The notes beneath the pieces are model-generated. The model was not told the DNA's origin and did not search any database. It saw nothing but the letters and a program-made list of their open reading frames with translations. A stretch of DNA of 64,000 nucleotides from an uncultured Gammaproteobacteria bacterium (GTDB taxonomy: Bacteria > Patescibacteriota > Patescibacteriia > JACQRZ01): contig CAZUKY010000002.1 of assembly GCA_964621085.1 (NCBI GenBank), positions 22,637 through 86,636 on the forward strand. Direction: 5' to 3'. Positions within the stretch are counted from its first letter, which is position 1. Each line of letters opens with the position of its first letter. The translations under genes and the position numbers were made by a program. Below, in pieces: positions 37,676 through 47,854 of this stretch.

Positions 37676-39967
37676 ATGAAATCATCCCATTTCTTCATTA
37701 TGCGAAGGAAAGCTTACACGCGGACGCCCGATCCATTTACTGCAGCGGTCCGAAAGGTGGCGGAATCACTCCATGCAATTTCACCACAAACGCGGCACGC
37801 GATCGGCGTCGTTATTCTTTGGGTCGGCGGCATTCTTTTTTTGTTGAGTATTTTTGACCTGGGGGGTGGGTTTGGCGCATGGATTTCAGTCCAACTTGGC
37901 GTTCTCTTCGGAGAAGCCAAGATTTTCTTTCCACTCTTGGTGCTCTCACTCGCGTTTGCCTACACCCGTGACAGCACAATGCGGTTTCAAGCTGCACGCC
38001 TTATCGGCAGTGCCCTGTTCCTGCTTGCGTTTTTCGGTTTTTGGCATCTCCAGTTTGGACCCGATATCGCGCTTGATGCCGCACGTGCCGCGCGGGGCGG
38101 GGGCTTTGCGGGTTTTCTGCTTGCAGACCCGCTACAGCGGACCGTCGGATTTTGGGGATCGCTTGTCGTGCTCGCCGGGATTGCGTTAAGCTCGCTTTTG
38201 ATCGTATTCAATACGAGCATCTACGCATTTTTGGACTGGGTACGACGCATTCTCGGATCGGTATACTCGGTTTTTGCCGAATTTTTCGGAAAGCTTTTCG
38301 AGCGGCGACCGGCTGTCCGCAGCGTTTCTTCACAGGAAGAGGATGAGAGCGAGGACGAAGACGAGACGACAGCTCCTGGTTTTCAGCGCCGCGTCCGCGA
38401 AGAGGCGGCTGTCGATGAGCACGCGGTGTCTGAGCAGGGCAACTCCCTGCACGATACTCCCGATCCTGCGATGGCGCCCGCAACCCCTGCGGCAATGGAA
38501 GTGCTCCAACCTCCACGGCAGCGGCAAAAGGTGCGCCTCTCAACGAACCTCCTGAACAGCAAATCGTCTCAGCCGACAAGCGGCGATATAAAAACGAACA
38601 AAATCATTATTCAGAAGGCGTTTGAAAACTTTAATATTCCCGTTGAGATGGGGGATGTGAATGTCGGTCCGACGGTGACGCAGTATACCATCAAGCCTGC
38701 AGACGGCATCAAAGTGGCATCAATCACCGGCCTTCACAACGACCTTGCGCTCGCGCTGGCCGCGCATCCTATCCGAATTGAGGCGCCAATTCCCGGCAAG
38801 TCGCTTGTCGGTATCGAGGTCCCGAATCAGAAGGTCGCGCTTGTCACGCTTCGGGAGCTCCTTGAGTCAGACACCTTCAAAAAACGAAAGAGCAATCTCT
38901 GCGTTACGCTTGGAAAAGACGTGTCTGGCGCGGTGCGTCTTGCCGATATTGCCGCAATGCCGCACCTCCTCATTGCCGGATCGACCGGATCGGGAAAGAC
39001 CGTCTGCGTCAACACCTTGATCATGAGTCTTCTGTTCCAGAATACCCCCGAAGAACTGCGACTTATTCTCGTCGATCCGAAACGCGTAGAGCTGACGTGC
39101 TACAACGAGATTCCGCATCTTTTGACCCCGGTGATTACGGACGTGAAAAAGACGATCAACTCGCTCAAGTGGGCTGAGGGAGAGATGGAGCGCCGCTTTA
39201 CCGTGCTTTCGGGCGCGCTGAAGCGCGATATCGCATCGTATAATGCATCTCGGCAAGAGAAGATGCCATATATTATCATCATTATCGATGAACTTGCCGA
39301 TGTGATGATGACCGCCGGCCAGGAAGTCGAGACGCTGATCATCCGTCTTGCCCAAAAGGCGCGCGCTGTCGGCATTCATCTTATCTTGGCGACGCAGCGC
39401 CCTTCCACGGACGTCATTACCGGCCTGATCAAGGCGAATATCACAGCGCGCATCGCGTTTGCCGTTGCCTCGCAAATCGACTCACGCACAATTCTGGATA
39501 CGGGAGGCGCGGAGCGGCTTGTTGGGCGTGGCGACATGCTCTTCCTCTCCGCAGAACTTTCGAAGCCGGTCCGTATCCAGGGAGCATACGTCTCGGATGG
39601 AGAGATCGATCGCGTTACCGGTGCGCTCAAAGAGAGCGGCGCACCGGAGTACCAAGAGGGGATTACTGAGAAACAGTCGGGAAGCGGTAGTGCGGGCGGG
39701 TTTGCCGATGACGACGATGACGAGCTTTTATCGGACGCGCGCGACGTGATTTTGCAGGCGCAAAAGGCATCCGCATCGCTGCTCCAGCGCCGTCTCCGAA
39801 TCGGCTATGCGCGGGCGGCGCGATTGCTGGATCTCTTGGAAGCACAGGGCTTTATTGGACCCGGCGACGGGGCGCGTCCGCGGGAACTGCTGGTCCGTTC
39901 GCCAGAGGAAATGGACATGCTGCCCTCCGATGGATTCGAGTCGGAAGACGACGAACGAACCACTTGA
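37676..39967 (+). CDS. ftsK: DNA translocase FtsK/SpoIIIE
   Basis: N-terminal TM helices. Walker A LLIAGSTGSGKTVCVNTLIMSLL. C-terminal gamma-like winged helix (..LLQRRLRIGYARAARLLDLLEAQGFIGP). Confidence 0.9.
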   Translation: MKSSHFFIMRRKAYTRTPDPFTAAVRKVAESLHAISPQTRHAIGVVILWVGGILFLLSIFDLGGGFGAWISVQLGVLFGEAKIFFPLLVLSLAFAYTRDSTMRFQAARLIGSALFLLAFFGFWHLQFGPDIALDAARAARGGGFAGFLLADPLQRTVGFWGSLVVLAGIALSSLLIVFNTSIYAFLDWVRRILGSVYSVFAEFFGKLFERRPAVRSVSSQEEDESEDEDETTAPGFQRRVREEAAVDEHAVSEQGNSLHDTPDPAMAPATPAAMEVLQPPRQRQKVRLSTNLLNSKSSQPTSGDIKTNKIIIQKAFENFNIPVEMGDVNVGPTVTQYTIKPADGIKVASITGLHNDLALALAAHPIRIEAPIPGKSLVGIEVPNQKVALVTLRELLESDTFKKRKSNLCVTLGKDVSGAVRLADIAAMPHLLIAGSTGSGKTVCVNTLIMSLLFQNTPEELRLILVDPKRVELTCYNEIPHLLTPVITDVKKTINSLKWAEGEMERRFTVLSGALKRDIASYNASRQEKMPYIIIIIDELADVMMTAGQEVETLIIRLAQKARAVGIHLILATQRPSTDVITGLIKANITARIAFAVASQIDSRTILDTGGAERLVGRGDMLFLSAELSKPVRIQGAYVSDGEIDRVTGALKESGAPEYQEGITEKQSGSGSAGGFADDDDDELLSDARDVILQAQKASASLLQRRLRIGYARAARLLDLLEAQGFIGPGDGARPRELLVRSPEEMDMLPSDGFESEDDERTT

Positions 39968-40046
39968 AAGCACGGCCGTTTTTCGCTACGATAAGAGCAT
40001 TGAATTCCGTCTGAAAAGAAGCGGATTTTTGAGCTTTACCTGGATT

Positions 40047-40754
40047 ATGTCTCATACTGGCGTACACGAATCACAGACTGTCGGCGATATATTGCGCGCG
40101 CGGCGCGATGCGTGCGGACTCACGATCGATGACATCGCGGATGCGACGCTGATCAGAAAGGCCCACATCGAATCGCTCGAGCGTAATATGTGCGACGCGA
40201 CGCTTGAGTCGGTGTATCGGGAAAACTATCTTAAGAATTACAGTACATATCTCGGATTGCCGTGGGAGGATGTCAAGCGGCGCTACGATCGCGAGCAGGA
40301 GCGATTTTGCACGCAACTCCGCGAACACAATGAGCAGCAGCCGCGCCAGACGATTGAGCGCAAGAATTTTTGGGTGACGGCACGCATCCTTCGCAATGCT
40401 TTTTTCGGAACCTTGCTTGGCGGGGTGTTTGCGTATCTCGGTTTCTTGGGATTCGTAACGCTCCACCCCCCAGAGCTGATCGTCTACTCGCCGCCGGATA
40501 ATCTCTCAAGTACCACCGACAAAATTATCGTCTCCGGCAAGGCCAATTACGAATCCGGAGTGCTGATCAATGGGCGTACGATTTCAAAGCAAAAAGACGG
40601 CACATTTTACCAAGAGATCGCCCTGAAAGATGGTCTGAACGTCATTGAGGTTTCGGCGATGAAAAAGTACGGCCAAGAGGCGAAGGTTCGCCGCACCGTT
40701 ATCGTCAATCGCGGAGAGACTGTCCGCCTGGAACGACTGGAACCCCTTAATTGA
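40047..40754 (+). CDS. RodZ-like helix-turn-helix membrane protein
   Basis: N-terminal XRE-type HTH (TVGDILRARRDACGLTIDDIADATLIRKAHIESLE), single TM (AFFGTLLGGVFAYLGFLGFV), and a C-terminal beta-rich domain. The ORF-track start at 39807 overlaps ftsK and is rejected. Confidence 0.55.
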   Translation: MSHTGVHESQTVGDILRARRDACGLTIDDIADATLIRKAHIESLERNMCDATLESVYRENYLKNYSTYLGLPWEDVKRRYDREQERFCTQLREHNEQQPRQTIERKNFWVTARILRNAFFGTLLGGVFAYLGFLGFVTLHPPELIVYSPPDNLSSTTDKIIVSGKANYESGVLINGRTISKQKDGTFYQEIALKDGLNVIEVSAMKKYGQEAKVRRTVIVNRGETVRLERLEPLN

Positions 40755-40801
40755 GCAAGAGTACTCCGTCAGTACATGAGTAATTTTGAGATGAATCTAA
40801 T

Positions 40802-41911
40802 GTGACAAGACATATGGCAAAGGACCAGGACACGTCTGTAATGAGCGACAAGGATCGGTTGCGCGTCATGAAGGAGGCGATTGACCAGATCAAGGATCGT
40901 TTCGGAGACGGATCGATCATGCGCCTTGGGGAGGCGAAAAAACTGAACGTCGAGGCGGTGACGACGGGATCCTTGAGTCTGGATATTGCTCTGGGCGTTG
41001 GTGGTATGCCGCGCGGGCGCATCATCGAAGTATACGGTCCCGAGTCGTCGGGAAAGACGACACTCGCGCAGCATGTGATTGCCGAAGTGCAAAAACAGGG
41101 CGGTGTCGCTGCCTTTATCGACGCCGAGCACGCGCTTGATCCGGAATACGCAAAAAAAATCGGCATCAATATCAACGAGATGTTCATCTCTCAGCCGGAC
41201 AATGGCGAGCAGGCGCTTGAGATTGTGGAGACGCTTGTCCGGTCAAACGCATTCGATGTCATCGTGATCGACTCGGTTGCCGCGTTGACGCCCAAAGCAG
41301 AGGTTGAGGGAGATATGGGCGACAGTCACATGGGCTTGCAGGCGCGCCTCATGAGTCAGGCCTTGCGCAAACTGACGGCGATTGCGAGCAAGTCAAAGAC
41401 AATCATTATTTTCATCAACCAGATCCGTCTCAAGATCGGCGTCTTTTTCGGCAACCCCGAGACGACGCCCGGCGGCACCGCGCTGAAATTTTACAGCTCG
41501 GTCCGTATTGAGGTTCGCAAGACGGCGCAAATCAAACAGGGGGACCGCATCGTCGGCAACCGGGTCAAGGTAAAAATCGTGAAAAACAAAGTTGCGCCCC
41601 CCTTCACGACCTGCGAATTCGACATCATGTACAATGAAGGAATTTCTCTGGCAGGAGATGTGCTGGATACCGGCCTTGAGTACAAGGTCATCCAAAAAGC
41701 CGGGAACTCATACTCCTACCGCGACACGAAACTGGGTGTCGGACGGGAGAATGCCCGCGTCTTCCTCGGTCAAAACAAGGAGCTTATGAGTGCGATTCGC
41801 CAAGAGGTGATGGCAGCACTCGCGCCGCGGGAGCAGGCCGGACCAGAGGTTACAGACATTCCGCCGGTCGGCGCTGACGAAGAGTATCCTGCTGAGGAGG
41901 AAACCTATTAA
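40802..41911 (+). CDS. recA: Recombinase RecA
   Basis: [18 protein letters not shown] Walker A and the rest of the canonical RecA core. The ATG at 40814 (MAKDQD) is an alternative start. Confidence 0.95.
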   Translation: MTRHMAKDQDTSVMSDKDRLRVMKEAIDQIKDRFGDGSIMRLGEAKKLNVEAVTTGSLSLDIALGVGGMPRGRIIEVYGPESSGKTTLAQHVIAEVQKQGGVAAFIDAEHALDPEYAKKIGININEMFISQPDNGEQALEIVETLVRSNAFDVIVIDSVAALTPKAEVEGDMGDSHMGLQARLMSQALRKLTAIASKSKTIIIFINQIRLKIGVFFGNPETTPGGTALKFYSSVRIEVRKTAQIKQGDRIVGNRVKVKIVKNKVAPPFTTCEFDIMYNEGISLAGDVLDTGLEYKVIQKAGNSYSYRDTKLGVGRENARVFLGQNKELMSAIRQEVMAALAPREQAGPEVTDIPPVGADEEYPAEEETY

Positions 41912-41934
41912 ATAGAAAATTTCGGTATACGAAA

Positions 41935-41960
41935 AGAGCCCGAATCATCGGGCTCTTTTG
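41935..41960. terminator. Bidirectional rho-independent terminator between recA (+) and efp (-)
   Basis: agagcccga / atca / tcgggctct stem with an A-run before and a T-run after. Confidence 0.7.
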
Positions 41961-41977
41961 TATCGAGAGAGAGGAGA

Positions 41978-42544
41978 CTACACGCGCTCCACGTACTCCA
42001 TCGTGTCGGTGTTGATGCGGATGGTGTCGCCTTCTTTAATGAAGAGCGGCGCGGAAACGACGAGGCCGGTTTCCAGTGTCACTGCCTGCGTGACGCCGCC
42101 GGACGAGTCACCCTTGATGCCGGGCGGTGCAGAGACGACTTTTAAGTCAACCTTTGGCGGGAGGCCGACCGTGATGGGACTGCCGTTGAAGGTGAGAATG
42201 TCGGCTGACATGCCCTCCGTAAGAAGCTTCTGTTTTTCGCCGAGCACCTCTTGCTCGATCGCGATCTGCTCGAACGACTCGGTATCCATGAAGTGTATGC
42301 CGGATGCATCGGAGTAGAGATAGTCGGCCTTGCGTCGCTCAAGTTCCGCCTCCTCCACTTTTTCGCCGGCCTTAAAGCTGTACTCAAGGACCTTGCCATT
42401 GATGAGGTTGCGGAGTTTGGTTTGCATGACCGGCTTTCGCTGCTGCATGCGGACGAAGTTTGCCGTGAGAACCTGGTAGGGCTCGCCGTCAAAGAGGATG
42501 GTGAGGCCTACCTTGATGGAGTTAAGAGAGGGAAGAACAGCCAT
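41978..42544 (-). CDS. efp: Elongation factor P
   Basis: MAVLPSLNSIKVGLTILFDGEPYQVL..KPVMQTKLRNL.. is typical EF-P. 188 aa. Confidence 0.9.
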   Translation of the reverse strand: MAVLPSLNSIKVGLTILFDGEPYQVLTANFVRMQQRKPVMQTKLRNLINGKVLEYSFKAGEKVEEAELERRKADYLYSDASGIHFMDTESFEQIAIEQEVLGEKQKLLTEGMSADILTFNGSPITVGLPPKVDLKVVSAPPGIKGDSSGGVTQAVTLETGLVVSAPLFIKEGDTIRINTDTMEYVERV

Positions 42545-42568
42545 AGTTACTTTTTCGGCTTTTCATAT

Positions 42569-42660
42569 TGGCGCATTTCTTCGTTGACGTCTCCGGTGCT
42601 CGACGCTGTATGAGGAATACAGCTTACTCCGCTCCTCCTCGTCGTCGCCTTGAACTGCAT
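42569..42660 (+). other. Conserved non-coding element, copy B (rpsR-efp intergenic)
   Basis: Same four conserved blocks as 29937-30045 and the same gctgtat/atacagc hairpin with a different loop (gagga vs ttctca). Plus-strand orientation matches copy A although the flanking genes are on the minus strand. Confidence 0.6.
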
Positions 42661-42675
42661 CCAATCTGAGAAGCC

Positions 42676-42900
42676 TTATTGAATTACAAATGGGAGGAGC
42701 GCCATGGTACGCGCGCGGCGGATGGCAAGCGATAGTTTTCGCTGATGCTGCGCGCAGCAGCCGTTTCGGCGCCGTGGCGCGATTTTTCCGTACGAGGAGA
42801 TGAAGCGACGAAGGAGAGTTGCGTCCTTGTAGTCTATTTCGACAGAGGTATGCGTGCAGAAGTAGCACTCTTTCGGCACGATTTTCTTAGGTTTTTGCAT
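42676..42900 (-). CDS. rpsR: 30S ribosomal protein S18
   Basis: ..[60 protein letters not shown]. Confidence 0.9.
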   Translation of the reverse strand: MQKPKKIVPKECYFCTHTSVEIDYKDATLLRRFISSYGKIAPRRRNGCCAQHQRKLSLAIRRARTMALLPFVIQ

Positions 42901-42912
42901 ATATGATATGAA

Positions 42913-43359
42913 CTAGAAAGGGATAGTCTCGAGTGTGCGCTCGTCATCATCCGGCGCGGCGTCTGGCGCGACACTGCTTCCTGTCGCCGCACCTGCGGCG
43001 CCATATTCAGCGGATCGCCCGCCACCGCCTTGCGCCGAGTCAAGGATAATCATATTCTCGGCGATGACTTCTGTTGTGTAGCGACGCGTGCCGTCCTGGG
43101 CGACCCAGTCGCGCGTCTGCATCCGTCCTTCAATATAGGCGCGGCGACCTTTCGCCAGATACTGGTTGCAGATCTCTGCCAATTTCCCCCAGGCGACGAT
43201 CGTATGAAACTCGCTTCGTTCTTGCTTCGCACCCGCGCCATCCGTGAAGTAGCGGTTTGTCGCAAGACTGAAGGTCGTGACGCTTTGCCCATTTGGGGTT
43301 GTTCTGAGCTCCGGATTTTTGGTCAGGCGCCCGATGAGCATCACTTTATTGAGGTCCAT
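42913..43359 (-). CDS. ssb: Single-stranded DNA-binding protein
   Basis: MDLNKVMLIGRLTKNPELRTTPNGQSVTTFSLATNR..EFHTIVAWGKLAE OB-fold region. Acidic C-terminal tail ..DDDERTLETIPF. Confidence 0.9.
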   Translation of the reverse strand: MDLNKVMLIGRLTKNPELRTTPNGQSVTTFSLATNRYFTDGAGAKQERSEFHTIVAWGKLAEICNQYLAKGRRAYIEGRMQTRDWVAQDGTRRYTTEVIAENMIILDSAQGGGGRSAEYGAAGAATGSSVAPDAAPDDDERTLETIPF

Positions 43360-43363
43360 ATTT

Positions 43364-43400
43364 TTGGCTTATTAGCTTATTAGCTTCTTGGCTTATTAGC
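43364..43400. repeat. Short tandem repeat (ttattagc / ggcttattagc units)
   Basis: Read in the 44-nt spacer between ssb and rpsF. Confidence 0.5.
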
Positions 43401-43403
43401 TTT

Positions 43404-44186
43404 TTACAATATATCATCTTTCAGGATCTCATCGAGCTTTTTGTCCAGGTCTTCGTAACTGACCCGTTCATCTTTTTTCTTTTTTGGGGCCGTGTCGGTC
43501 GCTGACTCGTCTGACGCCTCTGCTTCTTTGGTCGCAACGGCCACTCCTGACTCTTCCGGCGCTGCCACTGCGGCAGCAGGTGTTTGCGCCTCTGCCGTTT
43601 CAAGTCGCTCTTCGTCAACAGTAGTCGATGGTGCAGCTGCAGTAATGGGCTGATCCGTCGATGCATCATCGTGCGTCGGCGCTGCCGGGACGCTCATCGC
43701 GGGTGCCGCGTCGCTTTCTTCAGTTGCAACTGGAGACGTCTCCTCGCGTGTCACTGCGGCAGCGTCTGATGCCTGCTCGGCGGTCGCTGGGGTTGCCGCA
43801 TCGGGTTCGCTCGCGAACACGTCGCGAAGCTCAGCCGGAATCTCGGACTTCGTGCGCGCTTCGGCCTCGGGTCGTGCGTGGAACTGCTTCGGCGCGCCAA
43901 CCTCGTCCCGCTTGGTGATCAGGTGTCGCAGCAGATCTGCCGAGAGGCCAAGCTCGCGATCGATTTTTTTGACGATCTCCGGACTTCCGTCGAACTCATG
44001 CACGACATAATAACCGTAATGCAGGTGCTTGATCGGATAGGCGAGCTTCCGTCGCCCCATGTGCTGCGTGTAATGGATAGCGCAGCCGTTTTTTTTCAAG
44101 AGGTCATCGATTTTTCCCGTGACGCTCTCGAGCTCGCCCTCAGCGAATTTGCCGCTGACAATCGTGAGAAGTTCGTAGTGGTTCAT
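43404..44186 (-). CDS. rpsF: 30S ribosomal protein S6 with long acidic, low-complexity C-terminal extension
   Basis: MNHYELLTIVSGKF..RRKLAYPIKHLHYGYYVVHEFDG.. S6 core (~100 aa) followed by ~160 aa of Ala/Glu/Thr/Pro-rich extension. Confidence 0.85.
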   Translation of the reverse strand: MNHYELLTIVSGKFAEGELESVTGKIDDLLKKNGCAIHYTQHMGRRKLAYPIKHLHYGYYVVHEFDGSPEIVKKIDRELGLSADLLRHLITKRDEVGAPKQFHARPEAEARTKSEIPAELRDVFASEPDAATPATAEQASDAAAVTREETSPVATEESDAAPAMSVPAAPTHDDASTDQPITAAAPSTTVDEERLETAEAQTPAAAVAAPEESGVAVATKEAEASDESATDTAPKKKKDERVSYEDLDKKLDEILKDDIL

Positions 44187-44403
44187 AGATGCTCGATCTT
44201 TAAGAATGAAAAAATCACGCCTCGGCTTCGAGTTTTAAGACTGAGGGATCTTCGTCGGGCGAAGATCCGGGCCACCGAAAGGCAACCCGCGGACAAAGCC
44301 AAAAAATGCGTGATTTTTGAGCTTTGATCAATTGTGCGTACATTATATCAAAAATGAAAAAAAGTGCAAGAGGAGAGGGGGCAAATGATAGGTCGTGCAG
44401 CGC

Positions 44404-46257
44404 TTAGCACGCACTCGTTTGTTGCAGATATGCTTCGCTCAGGCAGTGTGAGAGCCGGTCATTTCCGAGCACATACAGTTCGTCCATGGCACGGGTGAGG
44501 GCGATATAGAGAAGATCTGCACGGATGCGTCGCTGCTCGGCGCAAAAGCGAGGCGGGAGTGTGGAATCGACTGGAGCGGTAAATCGATGTGCGCCGACAA
44601 GGCAGACGATATCAAACTCGACGCCTTGCGCCTCACGGACGGTTTTGATGAAGACATGCGCGTTCCCAGAAAAACGGCGCTTATATATATCCAGAAGCGA
44701 CTCCTCGAGTGCGAGCACGCCGATGACAGTATTTAGATTGTTGCAGACGAGGTTCTCCACGAACGCGACTTCTTCTTTTTCGCTTGCGCATGCGATCTCG
44801 TGTACGTCTTTTCCTTCGCGCATTCCATCCGGAATCGTAACGGGATATCCCAGCGCGGCGATGTAGGAAAGAATTTTTTTCGTGTTCCGGTAGACTTTTG
44901 CAAGTACAATGCTTCGCTCATCTTTCATCTCTTCTCCGACATCCGAGAAGGATCGAATTGAGCCGAAACGCACCTGTTGCGAGAAGTCCCCGACAAGCAA
45001 GAGTCCGGTATCTGCCCGTTTTCGGCAGGACATGAGGACCTTCAGCTGCTCGGGAAGATAGTTTTGAAACTCGTCGATCATGATAAGCGAATAAGTCACC
45101 GGCAAGCGCCCTTCTCGTTTGACGAGGCGGCCGTTTTTCTGCTGAACAAAGTACTCGTCATGACGCATGATCGCGCCATGGCGAGCCAACTGCGCAGCGA
45201 GCAACAGCGTGAGGTCGATCGTGTCCAGGATGCGCTCTTTCTTTTGGCGTGCAAAGAGCCGTGCACTGTGCGGCGAAAGGCCGGCGTACGCGCGAGTCAG
45301 GAGTGCGAACGACGTCGCGGTTTGTGCGGCGGCAGGATCGAAGGCGTGCAACGCAGCGACTTTCTCGTACTCATAAAAATCACGATCATCTTCGGTTGGT
45401 CCATAGCGGTGCGTTGTCTCGATATCGTGCAGGCGCAAGACCGAAAGCGCCCATTCCGAAAATGTGGTAATGGCAACGTCGCGGATGCCCAGGTCCGGGA
45501 GTAATTGCGAAAAATACGCCTTGCTGCCGGCATCTTGGACGAATACGATCATATGCGAACTTGGAAAGAGCGGGGCCGTGTCGGGAGAGAGGGAGAGGTA
45601 GGCGATACGGTGGAGGGCGAGTGTCGTTTTTCCGGAGCCCGCCGGACCCGAGATGGCGAAAGATCCGCGATGATCAGCGCGGATAACCTGATCTTGCGCT
45701 TTCTCCATCTGTTCGACAATTTCGGGCAACACAAAGCCGTGTTTACGAGTCGTGAAGTCCTTTTGGTAAACCAGTGCGCGCGGTTGCCCGAGCGACTCCG
45801 TCGAGAGGAAGGTAACGTCGCAGTCGACGACCATCAGACTGTCTTTACGCAGGAGCGTTCCGGTTAGAGGTGTCCCGTGCGGCACACGAATCTCGATCGG
45901 ACCGCAGGCCTCAAAACGCAAGCGCGCCGCTGGGGCAACCCACGAGTAGATCGATTCTTCTGCGAACTGGTGCTTGGAGAAGTAATACGTGCATTCACCC
46001 TTCTCGCGCGTTTCGAGATCGCAGCGCGCGAAGTACGGTGATAAGCGCATCTGCAGCCATTCATCGGTTTGCCGACTGAGGTTTTTCATAACCCCCTCGG
46101 CGGAAATCTGGTCGCCGCGACTCAAGGAGCGCGATTCGGCGGACAAGCGCGCGATTGACCGCGTCGTTCTTTCGATCGCCGCGCCGATTCTTTCGATGAC
46201 CTGCGTCACATGCGCCCGCGTCCTGGCCAAAAGGCGGTCTTTTTCTTGCTGGGTCAT
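44404..46257 (-). CDS. UvrD/REP-family ATP-dependent DNA helicase (HelD-like)
   Basis: Walker A FAISGPAGSGKTTLALHRIAYL. Helicase motifs (..IMIDEFQNY.., ..VYRNT.., ..VGAHRFTAPVD..ADLLYIALTRAMDELYVLG). Confidence 0.7.
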   Translation of the reverse strand: MTQQEKDRLLARTRAHVTQVIERIGAAIERTTRSIARLSAESRSLSRGDQISAEGVMKNLSRQTDEWLQMRLSPYFARCDLETREKGECTYYFSKHQFAEESIYSWVAPAARLRFEACGPIEIRVPHGTPLTGTLLRKDSLMVVDCDVTFLSTESLGQPRALVYQKDFTTRKHGFVLPEIVEQMEKAQDQVIRADHRGSFAISGPAGSGKTTLALHRIAYLSLSPDTAPLFPSSHMIVFVQDAGSKAYFSQLLPDLGIRDVAITTFSEWALSVLRLHDIETTHRYGPTEDDRDFYEYEKVAALHAFDPAAAQTATSFALLTRAYAGLSPHSARLFARQKKERILDTIDLTLLLAAQLARHGAIMRHDEYFVQQKNGRLVKREGRLPVTYSLIMIDEFQNYLPEQLKVLMSCRKRADTGLLLVGDFSQQVRFGSIRSFSDVGEEMKDERSIVLAKVYRNTKKILSYIAALGYPVTIPDGMREGKDVHEIACASEKEEVAFVENLVCNNLNTVIGVLALEESLLDIYKRRFSGNAHVFIKTVREAQGVEFDIVCLVGAHRFTAPVDSTLPPRFCAEQRRIRADLLYIALTRAMDELYVLGNDRLSHCLSEAYLQQTSAC

Positions 46258-46273
46258 ATGTGTAGGAAAAATA

Positions 46274-46303
46274 GAAAAATGAAAAAACTGCCCTTCAGGC
46301 AGT
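46274..46303 (-). terminator. Rho-independent terminator (minus strand) after the hypothetical membrane protein gene
   Basis: aactgcc / cttca / ggcagtt stem. The minus-strand reading is followed by a T-run (plus strand aaaaatgaaaaa upstream). Confidence 0.55.
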
Positions 46304-46416
46304 TTCCTGGCGATTGTATCGTTTGATTATTGGTATATACCGTATCCTCATGTGTAAACGGTAGCACGCACGCAAGGACATGTCAACCGTCGTGTTGGGA
46401 TAAATCTGTATTGTAA

Positions 46417-46953
46417 TCAGTAATCAAATAACATTGGAGAGAAAATACTCTTCTCTTCGATGGCTAGGGGGAATTCTTTTCCTAGGAAAGAGGATATCTC
46501 TGAAATATGTTTTTGAATATGTTTTTCACGCGTATCAATATCCAAAAGCATTTTTTTCTCCCCACGGTTTTTTAAAAGAAGTATAAGCGTCGGCAGATAA
46601 GAGGGGCCAGGCTCAAAACTTGGATTGCGACGCCTCTCTATAATAAAACCCTCGATATCATTAAACGACACATGGACACTTCTTTTTTTGAAGCCGAGAA
46701 GTGTTTTTTCAAGAACGCACTCTTGTGTTGTTGCATCGAACGTAATATTTTTTCTATCCTGTGAGAGGAGACCAACAGCAAGTGTAAGGATTACGAACAA
46801 TGATACTCCAACTCCGCGGATGAAAAATCCTGATCCATATATTCCCATGACCACTCCAATAGTAAGAAGGCATACCGCTAAAATAAGACTAAGGAATCTT
46901 TTGTTGTGCTCGAGCGTAAGAACAAGCTGATTATTGCGTAGCACTGTTTTCAT
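46417..46953 (-). CDS. Hypothetical membrane protein (178 aa), low-GC
   Basis: Two predicted N-terminal TM helices (FLSLILAVCLLTIGVVMGIYGSGFFIRGVGVSLFVILTLAVGLL). No recognisable family. Markedly AT-richer than neighbours. Confidence 0.5.
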   Translation of the reverse strand: MKTVLRNNQLVLTLEHNKRFLSLILAVCLLTIGVVMGIYGSGFFIRGVGVSLFVILTLAVGLLSQDRKNITFDATTQECVLEKTLLGFKKRSVHVSFNDIEGFIIERRRNPSFEPGPSYLPTLILLLKNRGEKKMLLDIDTREKHIQKHISEISSFLGKEFPLAIEEKSIFSPMLFDY

Positions 46954-46969
46954 AGGGATTCAGTCAACC

Positions 46970-47854
46970 TCATTCAAGAACACAGCAAGCCTTTACTGAA
47001 AGAACAAACATTCCGATTGTGTAGAGCGCCATGATAAGAATGAGCGCTAACAACGAAAAAAGAGCAATGTTCCGATACCGGGAGCGATGATCTTTTTTCT
47101 TTGTGTACATCACGGCAGACCAAATTAGAAGAACTGTTGCGATTACCCCAAGTATAAGACAGATGGTCCTGAGAAGATTAATAATAACATCCTCTAAAGT
47201 TCCCACTGCACTTGGTTCGAGGGGGACAACCGGAAGCGTTTCCTCGGATTTTAATGGCGGCGTATACACATATTCATACCCTGGCGCAATCGGGTCTGCC
47301 ATTCCTTCTTTCATTGTTGCATACGCATGTTCTTGAACGCTTCCGTCATTTTTTTCAATAATGCGTTTAGCAAGCCGAAGTGAAAAATGCTGATCATCGA
47401 GCACGTCAATCGTGAACACGTCTTCTATTTTCTTCCGCGGATCTTCGAGATCATACACCTTGATTGGCGAAACGGGCACCTCCACTTCGGAATGAAGAAC
47501 ATCTTTGCTGGTATTGAAATAATCGATTTCTTTCCATAATTCGGTGGGATCCAGTGCCCGGATACCGGATTGCAGAAACTGCTTGCTTTGTACGGCAACT
47601 ATTTCATCGCGGTTGCTCCGCGCAAAGCACTCATTCGCGATGAGGGGAACAAACGGATCCCGAAAATCATCTTTATCTGCTGTTGGGTATCGGGCAATGA
47701 GTCGGTATTTCAGATGATAGTCTTCAAGGTTCTCAATGCGATAGCAATACTCAATTTCCTTGAGCGGCGGCTCGATTGCGCCATGAACCGGAAATACAGG
47801 AAACAATAAAATAAACATCAGAACTGCACCACACCGCTGATTATTTACTGACAT
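46970..47854 (-). CDS. Hypothetical secreted / C-terminally anchored protein (294 aa), low-GC
   Basis: Signal peptide (..GAVLMFILLFPVFPVHGA). Two C-terminal TM helices (..ICLILGVIATVLLIWSAVMY.. and ..IALFSLLALILIMALYTIGMFVL). AT-rich. Confidence 0.5.
   Translation of the reverse strand: MSVNNQRCGAVLMFILLFPVFPVHGAIEPPLKEIEYCYRIENLEDYHLKYRLIARYPTADKDDFRDPFVPLIANECFARSNRDEIVAVQSKQFLQSGIRALDPTELWKEIDYFNTSKDVLHSEVEVPVSPIKVYDLEDPRKKIEDVFTIDVLDDQHFSLRLAKRIIEKNDGSVQEHAYATMKEGMADPIAPGYEYVYTPPLKSEETLPVVPLEPSAVGTLEDVIINLLRTICLILGVIATVLLIWSAVMYTKKKDHRSRYRNIALFSLLALILIMALYTIGMFVLSVKACCVLE

Noticed and set aside
39807-40046. ORF-track start of the RodZ-like gene at 39807
   Set aside because: It would overlap the last 160 nt of ftsK in another frame. 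The ATG at 40047 places the HTH motif at the N-terminus, as in RodZ.
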